Assembly: GCA_905178155.1 (NCBI GenBank)
Contig: CAJINV010000002.1
Location: 565,493-629,492, forward strand
Direction of reading: 5' to 3'
Source: Amoebophrya sp. A120
Lineage: Eukaryota; Protista; Dinoflagellata
DNA: 64,000 bases
Of this stretch, positions 62,501-64,000 are shown piece after piece. The stretch's first letter is position 1, and every line of letters begins with the position of its first letter. Under the pieces are notes generated by a model. That model was given only the letters and a program-made list of their open reading frames with translations. It searched no databases and was not told where the DNA came from. A program made the position numbers and the translations under genes.

Positions 62501-63410
62501 GAACCACGAAAATGCGATTGCCGCAGAACAGAGTGATATTAACGACGAAGAGGAATAAAAGTATGGAAAAACGGTAGTCGTTGTTCGTCGTGGTGGTCGT
62601 CCTCAATTTCCCTACTAAAACGCCAGCACCCCCGCGGCCACGCGTCGCGCTGCTGGAGAAGACAATTTTATTCACCGGTCGTGGTCCTCCGGAAATGGTT
62701 TTCCTTCTCTCCGCAAGTTCTACAATCTTCCCGGAAGTTTTGCTTCTCTTTATTCGTGTGGCGGTAGAAGAGCAGAAAAAACGTCGCGCGAAACCGCTCG
62801 ATATCTGATGTACTACTCCACCAGGAGAGGACAAGAACGTCATCGTGCACAGGTCGCTCGTATCAAATGCAAAAATGTCTGGGTCTGGAACATTGCGAGA
62901 TTTGTCATGCTTGTCTGGCATGTTGACCAAAAAGTTTGTGATGCGTGTCCAAGAAGAGACCCTTTTGCCTGTCATGCAAATAAAACACAGTTTGTCATGC
63001 GAAAAACGCATACACAAAGAAGGAGCGCAGATATTTCTCATGCTTGTCTGTGCATTACAGAGCAGTCACTATTCCCAACGCAGCATTACAAGTCTCCAGA
63101 CCCAGACATGTTTGCAGTTGATAGCTCGTTTTCCGCTTTCGCCGTTTCCTCTTCCGCATCCTGTGCAAAAGTATCGTACTCGTATTGCAATCATGCATTT
63201 ACAATTTTTTTTTCTCGGGGTAAATCCGCATTACAAATTCTACTTCTCATGCTGAGGAAATTTGTAATGCATTTATACGAGTACGATACTTTTGCAATAC
63301 ATATTCCGGTGGTTCGTGGTTGGTTTGTCGACGGCAGAAGAAGAACTACTGGTGCTTCTATCCTGTGAAGACAGTGTCGGCGAGGTCGAAAACACCGAGG
63401 AGGACATCAT
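32587..63410 (-). CDS. Giant multi-exon protein: putative N-terminal TM segment, many ~100-120-aa D/H/W-rich repeats, S/T/E-rich stalk, C-terminal TM segment (may be more than one gene)
   Basis: The repeat W..W...WP....RK..FDAAVAHV..G.V....F....HxAGLPDP....NS..DV..YY..L....AF.TLLNDYLD..D..KY...PD.DVDP.H recurs from ~61300 to ~44400. There is an 816-aa low-complexity exon at 35951-38401. Hydrophobic segments: FSILLFLFVVNITLFCG (~62540) and LLLFLPVLSLLLAGCVA (~35050). Confidence 0.6.
33327..34790. repeat. Diverged tandem duplication of a ~330-bp coding segment (33327-33655 vs 34430-34740)
   Basis: Both copies encode QKPADEKL.SS..SSRRPSSPT.S.SPIT.AR..H.SID..QEKLSI.STM. Confidence 0.85.
33683..34376. 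mobile_element. GC-rich non-autonomous element with an 11-bp TIR (GTAGTGAGGTC), unrelated to the introners
   Basis: GTAGTGAGGTC at 33683-33693 and GACCTCACTAC at 34366-34376; alternating GC blocks and A/T tracts. Confidence 0.65.
35222..35955. mobile_element. GC-rich foldback-like insertion nested in an introner (~35072-35977); boundaries approximate
   Basis: GAGAGGGTGCGC-type tandem units and their inverted CACCTCTCG/CACCCTCTCG copies. The host introner is homologous to the one at ~40932-41130. Confidence 0.55.
39325..39951 (-). mobile_element. 627-bp non-LTR/SINE-like insertion nested in a family D introner
   Basis: 8-bp TSD GAGAATCT (39317-39324 and 39952-39959) and a (CGTT)4 microsatellite tail at one end. 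Confidence 0.75.
45571..46211. mobile_element. Probable solo LTR nested in a family E introner
   Basis: Ends TAGTTGCAGAGACG ... CGTCTTGCGTAACA (decayed TG..CA with short inverted repeat), flanks GATCT/GATAT, strong purine strand bias, AATAAA near the end. Confidence 0.6.
51089..51532. mobile_element. Family H introner; paralogous copies at 53857-54353, 56741-57174 and, more diverged, 58324-58635
   Basis: TATCC...GGATA ends with a decayed TIR. Removing element plus 5 nt gives D.DVDPSH in frame. Confidence 0.8.
52106..52924. mobile_element. 819-bp GC-rich MITE nested in a family A introner; second copy at 54975-55793
   Basis: TIR GACGTGGCCTAGGTA / TACCGAGGCGACGTC, flanked by ATGCAT on both sides; many internal ACCGAGGC/GCCTCGGT repeats. 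Confidence 0.8.
62161..62467. mobile_element. Family I introner (307 bp) whose TIR matches the end of the large transposon
   Basis: Left end TATGGCAGCGTCAGGACTGAAATCGTCAGAGTTGAAAT; right end (reverse complement) TATGGGAGTGTCAGGATTAGAATCGACAAAGTTGAAAT; TSD AGTTG. Confidence 0.9.
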
Positions 63411-64000
63411 CGCCCGTGATGTTGTTCTCCTTCGATCTTCACTATCTCATGAAGAATTGCAGTTGGTGCAGCAGTCTTGTCGATGATGTAGTAGAAATCG
63501 TGCAGGGTCTACTTCAACACCCGACGTAGAGAACAAGGATGATGAAATAATTACGCGTAGTTTTCCTATCATCAATCCCCGACAAGATCGCCATCGGGGC
63601 CGCGGTCGCGGTTAGTTACCATCTTCGTTCTGGCGTGGTGGAGATAACACTTTTATTTCAATCGAAGATTTTCTTTTTGCTTCTCAACAGCATTGAGCTC
63701 CTTGTTCGCTGCTGAAGCTTTCAACTTGAAATCTCATCTCCTGTGGAAGAATAATTTTTTCATTCCTACTCATTCGCCGCCTATAACTACGATTTCGAAG
63801 ATTTTTGGTGTTGGGATCAAAAAGTTCAGAAAGTCGACGCCACGAATACAACTTGTGGCGCAGCCTCTTTGAAATCAGGAAACAAACGAAATATCCAAGC
63901 GCATCAATTCCAATTTCGCTCCCCTCGTTCTTATACGACTCGACAAAAATTCGAGCTATGTTCTTGTAGTTCACACTTTTTTTCTATAGTTCCCGTTGCT

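Noticed and set aside
13347-63303. Dispersed palindromic repeats separated by unique sequence, superficially CRISPR-like
   Set aside because: The repeats are TIRs of 150-330-bp elements with TSDs, the 'spacers' are exons of variable length, and there are no cas genes.
15112-63368. Many short ORFs sharing peptides such as KMSGSGR, PDPDIF, QKYRTR and CKSIVLV
   Set aside because: They are translations of introner TIRs in various frames, not a protein family.

Overview
Eukaryotic genomic DNA, most likely from an Amoebophrya-like (Syndiniales) parasitic dinoflagellate; this is inferred from the intron style, not proven. All genes I could build are on the minus strand. Host genes are a C2-like protein, a CEP135/Bld10 ortholog and a ~31-kb giant repeat membrane protein. 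They are riddled with roughly 80 (counted by eye) non-canonical introner elements from at least 9 families. These share one design: TAT...ATA ends, terminal inverted repeats (TIRs), a 5-bp target-site duplication (TSD), and internal GCA(T)NACAAA motifs. In the junctions I translated, removing the element plus one TSD copy restores the reading frame. The key observation is that positions 1-10095 are the right part of a >10-kb multi-gene DNA transposon. It encodes a ~1090-aa spliced hAT-like DDE transposase, a 443-aa protein with a basic tail, and probably a third gene. Its terminus (TATGGCAGCGTC) is identical to the TIR of a 307-bp introner at 62161, which makes it a candidate autonomous master element for the introner system. 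It is itself inserted inside an introner, its transposase gene carries an introner, and two of its genes share a leader motif that begins like the dinoflagellate spliced leader. The window also holds several unrelated TEs nested in introners, two ~1.1-kb insertions each flanked by exact 43-bp direct repeats, and a ~2.9-kb tandem amplification.
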